Below, one piece after another: positions 11,587 to 21,212 of a stretch of 64,000 nt of DNA. Source of the stretch: Candidatus Micrarchaeota archaeon. GTDB taxonomy: Archaea; Micrarchaeota; Micrarchaeia; Anstonellales; Anstonellaceae. Within the stretch, counting starts at the first letter, position 1; every line of letters starts with the position of its first letter. The stretch lies in the NCBI GenBank assembly GCA_026413765.1, contig JAOAKI010000001.1:73085-137084 (forward strand). Reading direction: 5' to 3'. The position numbers and the translations under genes are program-made. The notes beneath the pieces were generated by a model. That model ran no database searches and was not told the DNA's origin. It saw nothing but the letters and a program-made list of their open reading frames with translations.

Positions 11587-11658
11587 GCCCCTGTAGCTCA
11601 GTGGTAGAGCGCGTGCATGGTAAGCACGAGGTCGCGAGTTCAATCCTCGCCGGGGGCT
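11587..11658 (+). tRNA. tRNA-Thr(GGT), intronless
   Basis: Cloverleaf: GCCCCTG/CGGGGGC acceptor, CGTGC-AT-GGT-AA-GCACG anticodon arm, GTTCAATC T-loop. CCA not encoded. Confidence 0.95.
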
Positions 11659-11688
11659 TCATTCTTCCGAAAGACTTCTTTCATTGCC

Positions 11689-13125
11689 TTAAGCCCGTCT
11701 GCTTTCTGTGTAGTCAAGAATGTGCTCTATTGTTTGCGAATCGAAAAAATAAAGCGCAAAGCCGCCCTTTATCGGCGCAGCCATGAAACCGATGTGGTTC
11801 TTGAGCCGCGCATATTCAATATCCATATTCATGTGCACTCTTGCCTCTCTGAGGCTTCTTGGGGCAAGGGGATGCGTATGGATCAAAATAGAGCTTTGGT
11901 TTATCTTTTCTGCCAACGGCTGTAAGCATTCTGCTTCAGCCATCATAAAAGCCAAGTTCGTCAGCCTATAATCTTTTTGCACGGATGTTCCGCGTATCTT
12001 ATTGACTAACTCTACAATTGATCTGCTGAATACTCTCCTTCTGCTTTCTTCTAGAGGGACTCGCATTTTTTCTACCATCTCCTCCATTATCTTTTTTCTT
12101 TCTTTTGCAGTGGCTCTTTTGAGTCTCTCTTCTGTTTCGTTCAATAAATTTTCGATGTTTTCCATGTTCGTGATGCCCAGCGAAATTGAGATTTCACGCC
12201 ACATTTCTCTGATGGTATGCATTGCGCCAACAAAATTTTCTTTTTCTATCTGCTCAAGCAACAGCATTCGCATCTCGTCTAAAAACTCTGCTGCAACATT
12301 TCGCAGCGGTATGAATTCGCTTCCTTTTTGGCTAAAGAATATTACTGCCCCCTGCTCTGTGCCTTCTGTGCTCTGCTTTCTGATGAGGTCCATGATTTCT
12401 TGGGAATACATCTTGCCTATCTCTTTTAGGAATCTGCGCCTTTTTTGCGGCGTGCTTGAAAGCATCGTAGATCGGATTTCTGAGGAATAGCTTTTTATCT
12501 CTCCCAGCGCATTTTTGACTTCTTGTCTCATTTTTTCGTTTGCAGCTTCGGCTTCCTCTTCCTTCTTTCTTTCAAGGAAAGCGATTTTCCTCATCACTCT
12601 CCTGTGCATGAAATAGCGGTATCCTGCATATCCAATCGCTGCGACGCCTGCAGCTTGGATAGGCGGCACGAACAGCATCAGAGTGCATGCAGCAATCAAG
12701 GTAGCAGTCATTGCTTTGGTGTTGTTGCTGTTGCTGGCATTTTTCTGCTGGCTTATTTCCAAGTCAATTTCTTCCAGTCTCTTTTGCTCATTTTGGATTA
12801 TTTCTCTCAACTTTGCATGCAGTTTTGCAAGAGTAGAGGTGAGAAAGAGCCCAGCATAAATCTTTTGGCTTTTTTCCAATTTCTGGTAAAACGAGCGAAG
12901 ATGTATGCGCATTTTTTCTGCGCCGCGGTGCTCTACTTTTGTACTGCTGCTTGGCTGATGGTCTGCTGAGATTGCTTTGCTTACCGCGCTGATTATCAAC
13001 TGCTGTGCTATTTGATCGTTTTCAGCAAAAAACGGGCTGTTGCATGGCAATTCGTGTGGTGGAAGGATGGGGTCTTGAAAAGCCGGCATTTCGATGGCTA
13101 GTTGGCTTGCTTTCCACTCATCCAT
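11689..13125 (-). CDS. Hypothetical membrane-anchored coiled-coil protein with a possible JAB/MPN-like C-terminal domain
   Basis: 478-aa ORF with a hydrophobic hairpin (TLIAACTLMLFVPPIQAAGVAAIGYAGY) and EQGAVIFF ... IHTHP ... D residues. Confidence 0.6.
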   Translation of the reverse strand: MDEWKASQLAIEMPAFQDPILPPHELPCNSPFFAENDQIAQQLIISAVSKAISADHQPSSSTKVEHRGAEKMRIHLRSFYQKLEKSQKIYAGLFLTSTLAKLHAKLREIIQNEQKRLEEIDLEISQQKNASNSNNTKAMTATLIAACTLMLFVPPIQAAGVAAIGYAGYRYFMHRRVMRKIAFLERKKEEEAEAANEKMRQEVKNALGEIKSYSSEIRSTMLSSTPQKRRRFLKEIGKMYSQEIMDLIRKQSTEGTEQGAVIFFSQKGSEFIPLRNVAAEFLDEMRMLLLEQIEKENFVGAMHTIREMWREISISLGITNMENIENLLNETEERLKRATAKERKKIMEEMVEKMRVPLEESRRRVFSRSIVELVNKIRGTSVQKDYRLTNLAFMMAEAECLQPLAEKINQSSILIHTHPLAPRSLREARVHMNMDIEYARLKNHIGFMAAPIKGGFALYFFDSQTIEHILDYTESRRA

Positions 13126-13182
13126 TTTTCTATCACCGTATTGGCAGAGTGTTCCTTATTTTTTTAAGGGCTTTTGCGCCTC

Positions 13183-14424
13183 TCATTCCACCTCTACCGT
13201 CTCGCCCAAAACCGGTGCATATGCATCAAACCCCTCAAGCTTCAGCTCTTCCGCAAATTCCTGGCATTTGTCGCCATGGACACAGAATATCCTTTGCGGG
13301 CGGAGTTTTTCGCACATTTCAAAAAGCTCCCTTCTTCCGGCATGCGCAGAAAAATCAAGATAAGCGTATTGGGCTTTTGGCTTCAGCTTCACGCCATCAT
13401 ACTCAACAAAGCCAAAATTGAGCAGGTTGTGTCCGTTTGTCCCTTCGACGCAATATCCAGTAAATATTGCCATTGATTGCGGGCTGAGCTGCAAAAGATA
13501 AGAAAGCGCGGGCCCGCCCTGCAGCATTCCAGCAGTTGCGATGATTATGCAAGGCTTGCGAAGCACCTTCCTTCGCTCCCTTTTGTGCATAATTGGTATG
13601 CAAGTCTGCAGGTCTTCTCTAAATTTTTTGAAGTCTTTCACATAGGCAGAATACCGCGAAAGCTCCTGTGAGACTCTCCAACCCATGCCATCCACATATA
13701 CTTCGACATCTTTGTTTATGCTCCTTATTATCCTCACAAGCTCCTGCGTCCTTCCAATCGCAAACGCAGGGAATAGGATATTCCCGCCGTTTTCAAGGAC
13801 CGACTCTATATTTTCTGCAAGCTGCTTTTCGAGTTCTTTTCTTGGCGGATGATCTCGATCCGAATAGGTGCTTTCTATTATCAGCACATCTGGCTCTTTT
13901 GGCGGCAGCTCGCACGGATAGGTTGTCCTTGTTGCTTCCCCCTTGAAGTCGCCAGTATAAACAATCCTCTTTCCATCGATTTCCACATCGATAATCGCAG
14001 CCCCGGGGATATGGCCCGCATCGTAAAATATCACTGTAGCGTCATTGCAGCTGTATCTTTTTTTGTAGGAAAGCTTGGTGGCGTTTTGCTCCATCTTTTT
14101 CAGGTGGCTTGGCTTGAACGGGAATTCCCCTCTTTTTGCCATTATGTTGATTGAATCCTCAATTATTATCTTGCCCAGTGCAAGTGTCGGCGGGGTGCAG
14201 AGAAACTCTGGTGCCCCTCTTTTGTAGAGCGCAGGCAAAAAGCCAGTATGGTCAAGATGGGCATGCGAGGCGATGACAAAATCTGGCTCTTCTGCAGCGG
14301 CAAGAGGATAGGCTTCTTCTGAATGTATCTTCAAGCCGCAGTCAAGCATGATGTTTTGGCTGCCTCTAAGCAAGATGCTGCTCCTTCCTACTTCCTGAGC
14401 TGAACCAAGAAAATCAATTTGCAT
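13183..14424 (-). CDS. Beta-CASP metallo-beta-lactamase ribonuclease (archaeal CPSF-like, no KH domains)
   Basis: EVGRS, SHAHLDH, AGHIPG, YTGD, ESTY, FSAHAG, VHGD. Confidence 0.93.
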   Translation of the reverse strand: MQIDFLGSAQEVGRSSILLRGSQNIMLDCGLKIHSEEAYPLAAAEEPDFVIASHAHLDHTGFLPALYKRGAPEFLCTPPTLALGKIIIEDSINIMAKRGEFPFKPSHLKKMEQNATKLSYKKRYSCNDATVIFYDAGHIPGAAIIDVEIDGKRIVYTGDFKGEATRTTYPCELPPKEPDVLIIESTYSDRDHPPRKELEKQLAENIESVLENGGNILFPAFAIGRTQELVRIIRSINKDVEVYVDGMGWRVSQELSRYSAYVKDFKKFREDLQTCIPIMHKRERRKVLRKPCIIIATAGMLQGGPALSYLLQLSPQSMAIFTGYCVEGTNGHNLLNFGFVEYDGVKLKPKAQYAYLDFSAHAGRRELFEMCEKLRPQRIFCVHGDKCQEFAEELKLEGFDAYAPVLGETVEVE

Positions 14425-14516
14425 GCCAAAACCAATACAAGCAATCCTATAAAGATTGACTCTCTCTGATGGTTTATGAGTTAAGCTATTAAAATTTAGC
14501 GTATAATTTTGTTGTG

Positions 14517-15305
14517 ATGTCTGATTTGAATTTCTTGGATCTTGTTGTGCTGAAAAAAATCGATGCTGATTCGACAGTTGAGAAATTTGGAAGCCTTATT
14601 AACACTTCTTTCTTTGAAACCGCCAACCTCTTAGGGACAATCAAGCTCAAAGGCTATATCAATATCGAGTCTTCAATCGGCGGGGCGTCTGCCGTCTCTT
14701 TGACTGATGAAGGCAAGAAGGTTTTGGAGCTTGCTTCCCAGAAGTCAAAAGAGCCAATCGGCCCTCTTGATAATGCCATTTTGCTTACTCTTGCTTCTGG
14801 AGCAAGAGATTTGGATGCCATCCAGGACACTCTCAACATCAGAAGCAGCGACCTTGCCTACCATATCAACAAGCTCGTTGAGCAAGGCTTCATGGATTTT
14901 GAAGTCCGCTCCGCCAAAGTGCACTTTCTTCTTACCGAGGCGGGGTTCAATGCCACTGGCGGCATTAGAGCAGCAACACCTCATTTGGCGCAAAAGCAAG
15001 CATTGCAAAAAGAGGAACCAATAGCGCCACCATGGGTCAACCCAGAAGATGTCAAGGCAAAAGAAGAAAAGCCAAAGCAAGACGTTGCCCATATCCTTGG
15101 ACATGAGCCTGCCGCGCCAACCAATGAAACGCAGGAAAAGCCGCCTGCCAAGCAAGAAGACCAAATGAAAAACATCAAGATGCAAAGGATGCTTTCGAAG
15201 CTCCAATATTACTTAGTTGAGTATGCGCCCTATCTTCTGCTAATAGTTGCCCTGCTTTCGATTTTTGGAGGGGCAATCCTCCTTTCTCTTACAAAATTCT
15301 CATGA
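14517..15305 (+). CDS. Tandem winged-helix protein with a C-terminal transmembrane anchor
   Basis: Two wHTH-like repeats ending SLTDEGK and LLTEAG, a low-complexity linker and a C-terminal hydrophobic helix. Confidence 0.65.
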   Translation: MSDLNFLDLVVLKKIDADSTVEKFGSLINTSFFETANLLGTIKLKGYINIESSIGGASAVSLTDEGKKVLELASQKSKEPIGPLDNAILLTLASGARDLDAIQDTLNIRSSDLAYHINKLVEQGFMDFEVRSAKVHFLLTEAGFNATGGIRAATPHLAQKQALQKEEPIAPPWVNPEDVKAKEEKPKQDVAHILGHEPAAPTNETQEKPPAKQEDQMKNIKMQRMLSKLQYYLVEYAPYLLLIVALLSIFGGAILLSLTKFS

Positions 15306-15931
15306 GGGATAGTTTGGATTTCTCTTTGCTTTCTAAATATAAGATTCCGCACCCAAAATATGCAATCTGCAATTCTGCAGAGGATGCGGCAAAATCCGCG
15401 GCGAAGATAGGCTTTCCGGTCGTCTTAAAAGTCAATTCAAAAACAATAGTGCACAAATCTGACAAGGGAGGCGTGCTACTCAATATCGCAAATCAACAGC
15501 AGCTCAAGGCAGGCTACTCATTGCTACTGCAAAGGTTTCCAGAAATCCAGCAGGAAGGGGTGCTGGTTCAGAAAATGGTGAAAAGCCAAGATGCCGTCGA
15601 GCTGATTGTAGGAGGAAAAAAAGACAAGCAGTTTGGCCAGCTGATTATGGTCGGCCTTGGAGGAATATTTGTAGAGACCTTCCACGACGTGAGTTTCAGA
15701 ATCTGCCCAATTTCGCGCTCGGATGCTGAAGAGATGCTCAAGGAGCTGAAAGCTTATCCATTGCTTTTAGGTGCGCGCGGAAGAAAGCCTGCAAATATCT
15801 CAGCAGTGATCTCAACAATGCTGAGGGTATCAGATTTGCTTCTGGCAGAGGACCCCCTGGAGTTTGACCTCAATCCAGTGATTGCAGACGATAAAGGCTG
15901 TGTTGCAGTCGATGTAAGGCTGTTGAAGTGA
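15302..15931 (+). CDS. acdB: Acetate-CoA ligase (ADP-forming) beta subunit
   Basis: ATP-grasp motifs GFPVVLK, HKSDKGGV, FGQLIMVGLGGIFVE, DLNPV. Confidence 0.93.
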   Translation: MRDSLDFSLLSKYKIPHPKYAICNSAEDAAKSAAKIGFPVVLKVNSKTIVHKSDKGGVLLNIANQQQLKAGYSLLLQRFPEIQQEGVLVQKMVKSQDAVELIVGGKKDKQFGQLIMVGLGGIFVETFHDVSFRICPISRSDAEEMLKELKAYPLLLGARGRKPANISAVISTMLRVSDLLLAEDPLEFDLNPVIADDKGCVAVDVRLLK

Positions 15932-17361
15932 TTGAGATGGTTTCTGCAAAAGTAAAGAGGCTTGATGCTGTTTTCAACCCAAGCAGCATCGCAGTCATCG
16001 GAGCAAGCAGGGAGCCAAACAAGATAGGGCATGTGATATTGAAAAATTTTGTAGATGGCGGATTTGCAGGAAAGATATATCCAATCAACCCAAACGCAGA
16101 AGAAATCATCGGCCTGAAGACTTACCGCTCAGTTCTGGACGTAAAAGAGAATATAGATTCAGCAGTAATTGCCGTCCCAGCAGCGGCAGTCCCCCAAGTG
16201 CTTGAGGAATGCGGCAAGAAAGGAATCAAGGGAGTCGTGCTTATCACTGGCGGCTTTTCTGAAGTCGGGAATGTCGAGGGGGAAGCGCAGATTGTGCAGG
16301 TCGCAAACAAGTACGGAATTGCGCTCATAGGGCCAAATTGCATGGGCGTCATTACCCCCGCAAGCAGGGTAGATAGCGTTTTTCTCCCCATCTACAAGCT
16401 TGGCAGGCCTCGCGTAGGCGGCATTTCTTTCATCTCCCAGTCAGGCGCGGTTGGCGGCTGCATTGTCGATCTTGCCGCCCGAGCAGGAATAGGGATGAGC
16501 AAGTTCGTTTCATATGGAAATGCGGCAGTGATTGACGAATGCGACTTGCTTGAATATCTTGCGTCAGATAAGCAAACCGAAATCATTGTTGCATATCTTG
16601 AAGGAGTCAAAGACGGCCGCAAGTTCCTGAGGACTGCAAAGAAAATAACTTGCAAAAAGCCAATTGTCGTACTCAAGGCAGGAAAAAGCCGGGCAGGCGC
16701 AGAAGCAGCGCAATCGCATACTGGCTCGCTTGCAGGCTCGGCAGAGGCATACAAGGCGGCTTTCAAGCAGGCAGGCATCATCGAGGCAGACACACTAGAG
16801 CAGCTGTTTGACTTTGCCAAAATCTTCGACCAAGTTTTGCCATGCGGCAACCGAGTTGGGATAATCACAAACGGCGGAGGGATGGGTGTCCTTGCGACAG
16901 ATTCGCTTGAAGAAGAAGGCCTTGCTCTTGCAGAATTTTCGGAAGACACAAAAAAGCTTTTGCGCAACTCTCTTCCTCCTTACGCAAACGTGCGCAATCC
17001 GCTCGACTTGGTCGGTGACGCGGATTCGCACCGCTATGAGATAGCCTTGAACGCCTTGCTGAAAGATGAGAATGTGGACATTATCTTGCTAATCATTCTC
17101 TTCCAGACGGTAGGAATAGACAGCTCGGTGGTCAACATAGCGATTCGCGCTTCTGACCAAAAGAAAAAGCCGATAATCGCAGTATGCACCGGCGGAGAAT
17201 ACACTGAGATGCACAAGAGGATATTGGAAAGCTATGGGGTACCTACCTATTCTTCCCCCTCTTCTGCCATGAAAGCGATAGCGCGCTTTCTCTCCTATGC
17301 AAACCACTATTCAAAGTACAACGAGATGGTCTGCCCGCACTTGATCAAAAAATCAAAATGA
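15928..17361 (+). CDS. acdA: Acetate-CoA ligase (ADP-forming) alpha subunit
   Basis: CoA-binding SIAVIGAS, GPNCMG, SQSGA, phospho-His SHTGSLAG, NPLDL. Confidence 0.95.
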   Translation: MIEMVSAKVKRLDAVFNPSSIAVIGASREPNKIGHVILKNFVDGGFAGKIYPINPNAEEIIGLKTYRSVLDVKENIDSAVIAVPAAAVPQVLEECGKKGIKGVVLITGGFSEVGNVEGEAQIVQVANKYGIALIGPNCMGVITPASRVDSVFLPIYKLGRPRVGGISFISQSGAVGGCIVDLAARAGIGMSKFVSYGNAAVIDECDLLEYLASDKQTEIIVAYLEGVKDGRKFLRTAKKITCKKPIVVLKAGKSRAGAEAAQSHTGSLAGSAEAYKAAFKQAGIIEADTLEQLFDFAKIFDQVLPCGNRVGIITNGGGMGVLATDSLEEEGLALAEFSEDTKKLLRNSLPPYANVRNPLDLVGDADSHRYEIALNALLKDENVDIILLIILFQTVGIDSSVVNIAIRASDQKKKPIIAVCTGGEYTEMHKRILESYGVPTYSSPSSAMKAIARFLSYANHYSKYNEMVCPHLIKKSK

Positions 17362-18040
17362 CTTTCCTTTTTCTTCTTTTTTCGTATTGCCTTTTTGTTT
17401 TGAGATACTCATAAAGGGAATAGAGCCCTGCGATTATCGCGCTGACTATCGCAGGAATTATGAGCAGCCAAAGCCTCAAGTCTCCTTGCACAACCAACCC
17501 AACTAAGGCAAACACTCCGCATATCCAAAATAGCTTTGCTGCAAGCCGATTAGTCTTTTCCCATATTTTTTCATCAGCAAGCGTCCAAGGAGTCCTGACT
17601 CCTATAAAGTAGTTCCTTTTTGTGAAATTCAGCATGTAGCCGACATAAAAGAACAAAATCGCCACCGAGAAAATTATTATCAGGCTGGTGTCTACATGCC
17701 TCCAATAGCCAAGGTTGGGCAAAAGCATTGATATGTAAATGACGCACATTATGAATACAAACAAGATTTTGAATCCCAAAAACTGCTCATAGAAATTCTC
17801 CAGATTTTTCTGGTAGATCTCTATCTTAGGAATGATCGAAAATCCGACATAAAGAACAAGAGTCATGAAAGGCACAAGGTACAGTATCACGCTTTTGTGC
17901 GCAAATATCGTGTTTCGCCCATCAAATCCGAATGTTACTGTCACCTCCTCTTTCTCGTTTGTGTGGACAAGAGGGTCTGCATAAACCGCAATCGCAAACA
18001 TCAGCACTAGCATCAAAACAGGAAGAATCTCCTTGTGCAT
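17345..18040 (-). CDS. SdpI/DUF1648-family membrane protein
   Basis: KRNYFIGVRTPWTLADEKIWEKTNR SdpI motif and multiple TM helices. ATG 18040 follows GGAGG. Confidence 0.85.
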   Translation of the reverse strand: MHKEILPVLMLVLMFAIAVYADPLVHTNEKEEVTVTFGFDGRNTIFAHKSVILYLVPFMTLVLYVGFSIIPKIEIYQKNLENFYEQFLGFKILFVFIMCVIYISMLLPNLGYWRHVDTSLIIIFSVAILFFYVGYMLNFTKRNYFIGVRTPWTLADEKIWEKTNRLAAKLFWICGVFALVGLVVQGDLRLWLLIIPAIVSAIIAGLYSLYEYLKTKRQYEKRRKRKVILIF

Positions 18041-18103
18041 CCTCCCACCCGAAGCCTCTTTGGAAGAGAAAAAATATAAACAGAAAGTAGGCATTCCTAA
18101 GCT

Positions 18104-18631
18104 ATGCTGGTCAGGTTTGGCAAGAGCGAGATTGTTGCATTCCTAGCCGCGGTTGTGATTGCAGTTTCTGCAATGCTTGCTTTCCGCCATATTTCTTTTT
18201 TGAGGCAGCTGGGATATTTGGAGATATTGGCAGTCTCTTTTGTTTCTTCTGCTACAGTATTGCTGCCTTTGCCTGGATTTGCAGTTGTCTTTGCGGCAGC
18301 CCAGTACCTCAATCCGTTCTTGCTTGGGCTTTCGGCAGGCATCGGCTCAGGACTTGGAGAAATTTCTGGATATCTTGCAGGTACTGTCGGACACCGTACT
18401 CTCACAACCACTACTTTTTTTGAAAAGCACAAATTGCAGCTTCAAAAATACGGATGGCCTGTCGTTTTTCTCCTTGCTGTGATTCCAAATCCTGCTTTTG
18501 ATGTCGTCGGCCTTGCAGCAGGCGCAATAAAAATGGAATGGTGGAAATTCCTGTCTGCGGCCATCTTGGGCAAATCAACACGCTATATTGCTCTGGCATT
18601 GCTGGGCGAATTTTCTGCCGGCTGGATCTAA
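18104..18631 (+). CDS. DedA/VTT-domain membrane protein
   Basis: LPLPG, GSGLGEISGYLAG, IPNPAFDVVGLAAG..KM.WWKF...GK..RY. Confidence 0.85.
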   Translation: MLVRFGKSEIVAFLAAVVIAVSAMLAFRHISFLRQLGYLEILAVSFVSSATVLLPLPGFAVVFAAAQYLNPFLLGLSAGIGSGLGEISGYLAGTVGHRTLTTTTFFEKHKLQLQKYGWPVVFLLAVIPNPAFDVVGLAAGAIKMEWWKFLSAAILGKSTRYIALALLGEFSAGWI

Positions 18632-18639
18632 GCAGTCAG

Positions 18640-18730
18640 TGGGCCGGAAGAGATTTGAACTCTTGACCTTTCGATTTCAAAGCATATTGCATATCAGTCG
18701 AACGCTCCAACCAGGCTAAGCTACCGGCCC
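18640..18730 (-). tRNA. tRNA-Ile(GAT) with a 16-nt intron at 37/38 (intron 18676-18691)
   Basis: Reverse complement GGGCCGG...TTCGA-CT-GAT-A[TGCAATATGCTTTGAA]A-TCGAA...GTTCAAATC...CCGGCCC-A. Confidence 0.92.
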
Positions 18731-18795
18731 ACTTGCTAAGTTAATCGATGATAGATTTTAAAAAGAGCAGTTTGGTCAGCCCTGCTTGCAGCCTG

Positions 18796-19686
18796 TCATT
18801 GTGGTTTTTGCTTCGTGTAGACTTTTGCAGTCTTTTCAGCGTCAAAATCAGGCACAAGCTGGCTCCTTTTTTTCAGCGCTTCCAAATAGTCTTTCTGTAT
18901 CTTTTCGAAGTAGACGCTTTCCTCCTCACTTAATTCCCGCGCCTGCTTTTCTGCAGCCTTTGCCTGTATTTTTGCAAGAAGCTCTCCAATCAATTTTTCG
19001 TTCGCGTCAAATTCTCCTGCCTTTGATGCTTCAACCCACACTATCTTGCCGCCTATATTCCTTTGCACTTCATCTGTCGGCCTCAATTCTGCAAAATCAG
19101 CTTTTTTTTTATCCAAGCTGAAGCTGCCCGAGACGATCATGCAATTTCTGCCCAGCCTTGCCGCAAGATTGACAAGCTCCTGCTGCTTTTCTTTCGGCAG
19201 AAACGACACGTCTACATCCGGGCCTTCGTTTTCCTCTATTATCTGCCTGAGTGCCTCTGCTTCTTTGCGCGGGATTGTGTTCAAAAAAATTGTAAGCCTT
19301 GCTATCTCTTCTCTTTTTTCATAGTTTCTCTTGACTATCTCTGCCCTTTTTTTCATCAACTCGTAAAGCGAGCCGCTCTTTGTCCGCACTGCCTGCTCAA
19401 GCTCTGCCCTCGAATGGCTATTTATCTGCCTGGTATATTCTTCTATCTCCTTTCTATTTGGGACGAGTGTGACCATATCGGCAATCTCAAGTTTCTCTGC
19501 TATTGGAGCAAGCTTCTCTTCGACTGACTTGAGCTCTTCTTGGATTGTTTTGAGGTGCAAGTCCCCTTCCTTTGCACCCGAGCGCATAAGCAAATCTTTT
19601 TTGAAAAGCAGCTCGTTTTTTTTCCTACTCAACACTGTATAGTCTACCAATTCTCTGCTTGAGATTATTATTGTCCTTTCCTGCAT
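18796..19686 (-). CDS. Hypothetical coiled-coil protein
   Basis: 296-aa charged helical ORF with a TATA-like element upstream; no recognisable motif. Confidence 0.75.
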   Translation of the reverse strand: MQERTIIISSRELVDYTVLSRKKNELLFKKDLLMRSGAKEGDLHLKTIQEELKSVEEKLAPIAEKLEIADMVTLVPNRKEIEEYTRQINSHSRAELEQAVRTKSGSLYELMKKRAEIVKRNYEKREEIARLTIFLNTIPRKEAEALRQIIEENEGPDVDVSFLPKEKQQELVNLAARLGRNCMIVSGSFSLDKKKADFAELRPTDEVQRNIGGKIVWVEASKAGEFDANEKLIGELLAKIQAKAAEKQARELSEEESVYFEKIQKDYLEALKKRSQLVPDFDAEKTAKVYTKQKPQ

Positions 19687-19736
19687 ATGCTAAACTTTGG
19701 CGGCAACATTTATATTATTCTTTTTTTGCTGCCTGC

Positions 19737-19809
19737 TTTTTGGGGAGGGGGGCGCAACAAAAGTAGGGGTGTGGGAGGTGAATAACAGGCGCCCCCGTTT
19801 CCCCAAAAA
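19737..19809. ncRNA. Intergenic GC-rich stem-loop (candidate structured RNA or 3' UTR element)
   Basis: TTTTTGGGGA/TCCCCAAAAA and GGGGGCGC/GCGCCCCC stems enclose a 33-nt loop containing GGAGGTGA (TCACCTCC on the minus strand). Confidence 0.45.
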
Positions 19810-19842
19810 TATCTTGGTCGCCTTGCAATTTAGTTGCAAGCA

Positions 19843-20322
19843 TCATCTTGCGCTGTACAGCACCGCCCTCCCAACTTGCTTTTTTGAAAGCAAGCCCATC
19901 TCATACATGCGGTTGAGGCGTGAGCTGGCAGCGTTTTTCCCTTTGTATCCAAACCTCCTGCGGACATCTTCCGCAGATACATAACCTTTCTCTTTGACGA
20001 ACTTGAATATCTCCTCATCCACTTGCGGCAAAAGCACTTCTTCTGGCTCTTTTTTGATGGATGCTTCCAGTGCATCAAGCCTTGCTTCTATTTTTGCGAA
20101 TTTCTCTTCAATTTGCGCAACAAGCGTCTTGAGGATTCGATTGGTGTTCTCTTTTTCTGTTGCCGCGGTATGCATAATTGCGGCAATCACAAGCGGGTCT
20201 CTCAGCTTTTGTATCTCATTTTCCAATGGGGAAATAATTTCGTTTTTCAGCTCTTCGATTGCTTCTTTTCCTGAGCCTTCGCCAATAGGTTTATAATTTT
20301 CATTTTTCTTCATTCCTATCAC
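19843..20322 (-). CDS. Coiled-coil + C-terminal winged-helix DNA-binding protein
   Basis: DEEIFKFVKEKGYVSAEDVRRRFGYKGKNAASSRLNRMYEMGLLSKKQVGRAVLY wHTH pattern. Confidence 0.78.
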   Translation of the reverse strand: MIGMKKNENYKPIGEGSGKEAIEELKNEIISPLENEIQKLRDPLVIAAIMHTAATEKENTNRILKTLVAQIEEKFAKIEARLDALEASIKKEPEEVLLPQVDEEIFKFVKEKGYVSAEDVRRRFGYKGKNAASSRLNRMYEMGLLSKKQVGRAVLYSAR

Positions 20323-20564
20323 GCTGGCAGCTTGTTGGCGTCATGTGGTGATTGTGATTTTGTCACGATTTAGTCATGACAATATATATAAATATTTAGG
20401 TTTGTCATTCGTAAAAAGCATAAAAAATTTTTACATTTCTTGCCTTTTTTAATAACAAAAATGTAGGCCCTCTTGCAATGCCGGCTGACCTTCTTGTTCC
20501 AAAAATCTTGCGCAGGCACAGCAAAACCAATTTATTTTCTTCTTCCTTTTAAAATCGTGGAAAA

Positions 20565-21212
20565 ATGGTAAATGAAGCCCCAAAGATTCTTGTTGACAGC
20601 CGCGAACCAGCTGAAATATCTGACTGGCTTGAGGCAGCTGGGGCAGAAATAGAGATCACTAATCTGCCAATAGGCGACTATCAGCTTTCTTCACGCCTGA
20701 TTGTCGAAAGAAAGACGAGGCAAGATTTCGAGTCCTCAATAATTGATGGCAGGCTATTTTCGCAGGCAGAATTGCTTGCTAGCGCAATCCCAAGGACAGT
20801 CATAATCGTGGAAGGGCAAGCCGAGCAGCAGAGAGTCTCAAGAAATGCGCTTTTGGGGGCATACGCTTCGCTTATTTCAGATTTCGGATTTTCTCTGTTT
20901 TTTACGTCTTCACTCTCCTCAACCGCCGAGCTGATCTTTGCATTAGCCTGCCATGAGCAACTGTCGAAAAATCATCCGCGCCCAATTCTTCCAAAAAGAA
21001 AAGCCCGCACGCTTGCTGAGCAGCAGCTTGCAGTTGTCGAGTCTCTGCCCGGAGTCGGTCCAAAGCTTGCCAGGCAGCTTCTTTTGTACTTTGACAATAT
21101 TGAAAACATTGTGACTGCTCCAGAGGCAGAACTTGTTCAGGCAGGAAAAATTGGGCAAAAAAAGGCAAAAAGGTTGCGCCAGCTTTTTTCCTTGAGATTC
21201 AAAGAAGAGTAA
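20565..21212 (+). CDS. ERCC4/XPF structure-specific endonuclease (short form with HhH)
   Basis: VDSRE, GDY, ERK..DF..SIIDGRL..Q and the LPGVGPK HhH motif. Confidence 0.93.
   Translation: MVNEAPKILVDSREPAEISDWLEAAGAEIEITNLPIGDYQLSSRLIVERKTRQDFESSIIDGRLFSQAELLASAIPRTVIIVEGQAEQQRVSRNALLGAYASLISDFGFSLFFTSSLSSTAELIFALACHEQLSKNHPRPILPKRKARTLAEQQLAVVESLPGVGPKLARQLLLYFDNIENIVTAPEAELVQAGKIGQKKAKRLRQLFSLRFKEE

Noticed and set aside
11601-11925. Short plus-strand ORFs at 11601 and 11617
   Set aside because: They start inside tRNA-Thr and run antisense to the 478-aa gene.
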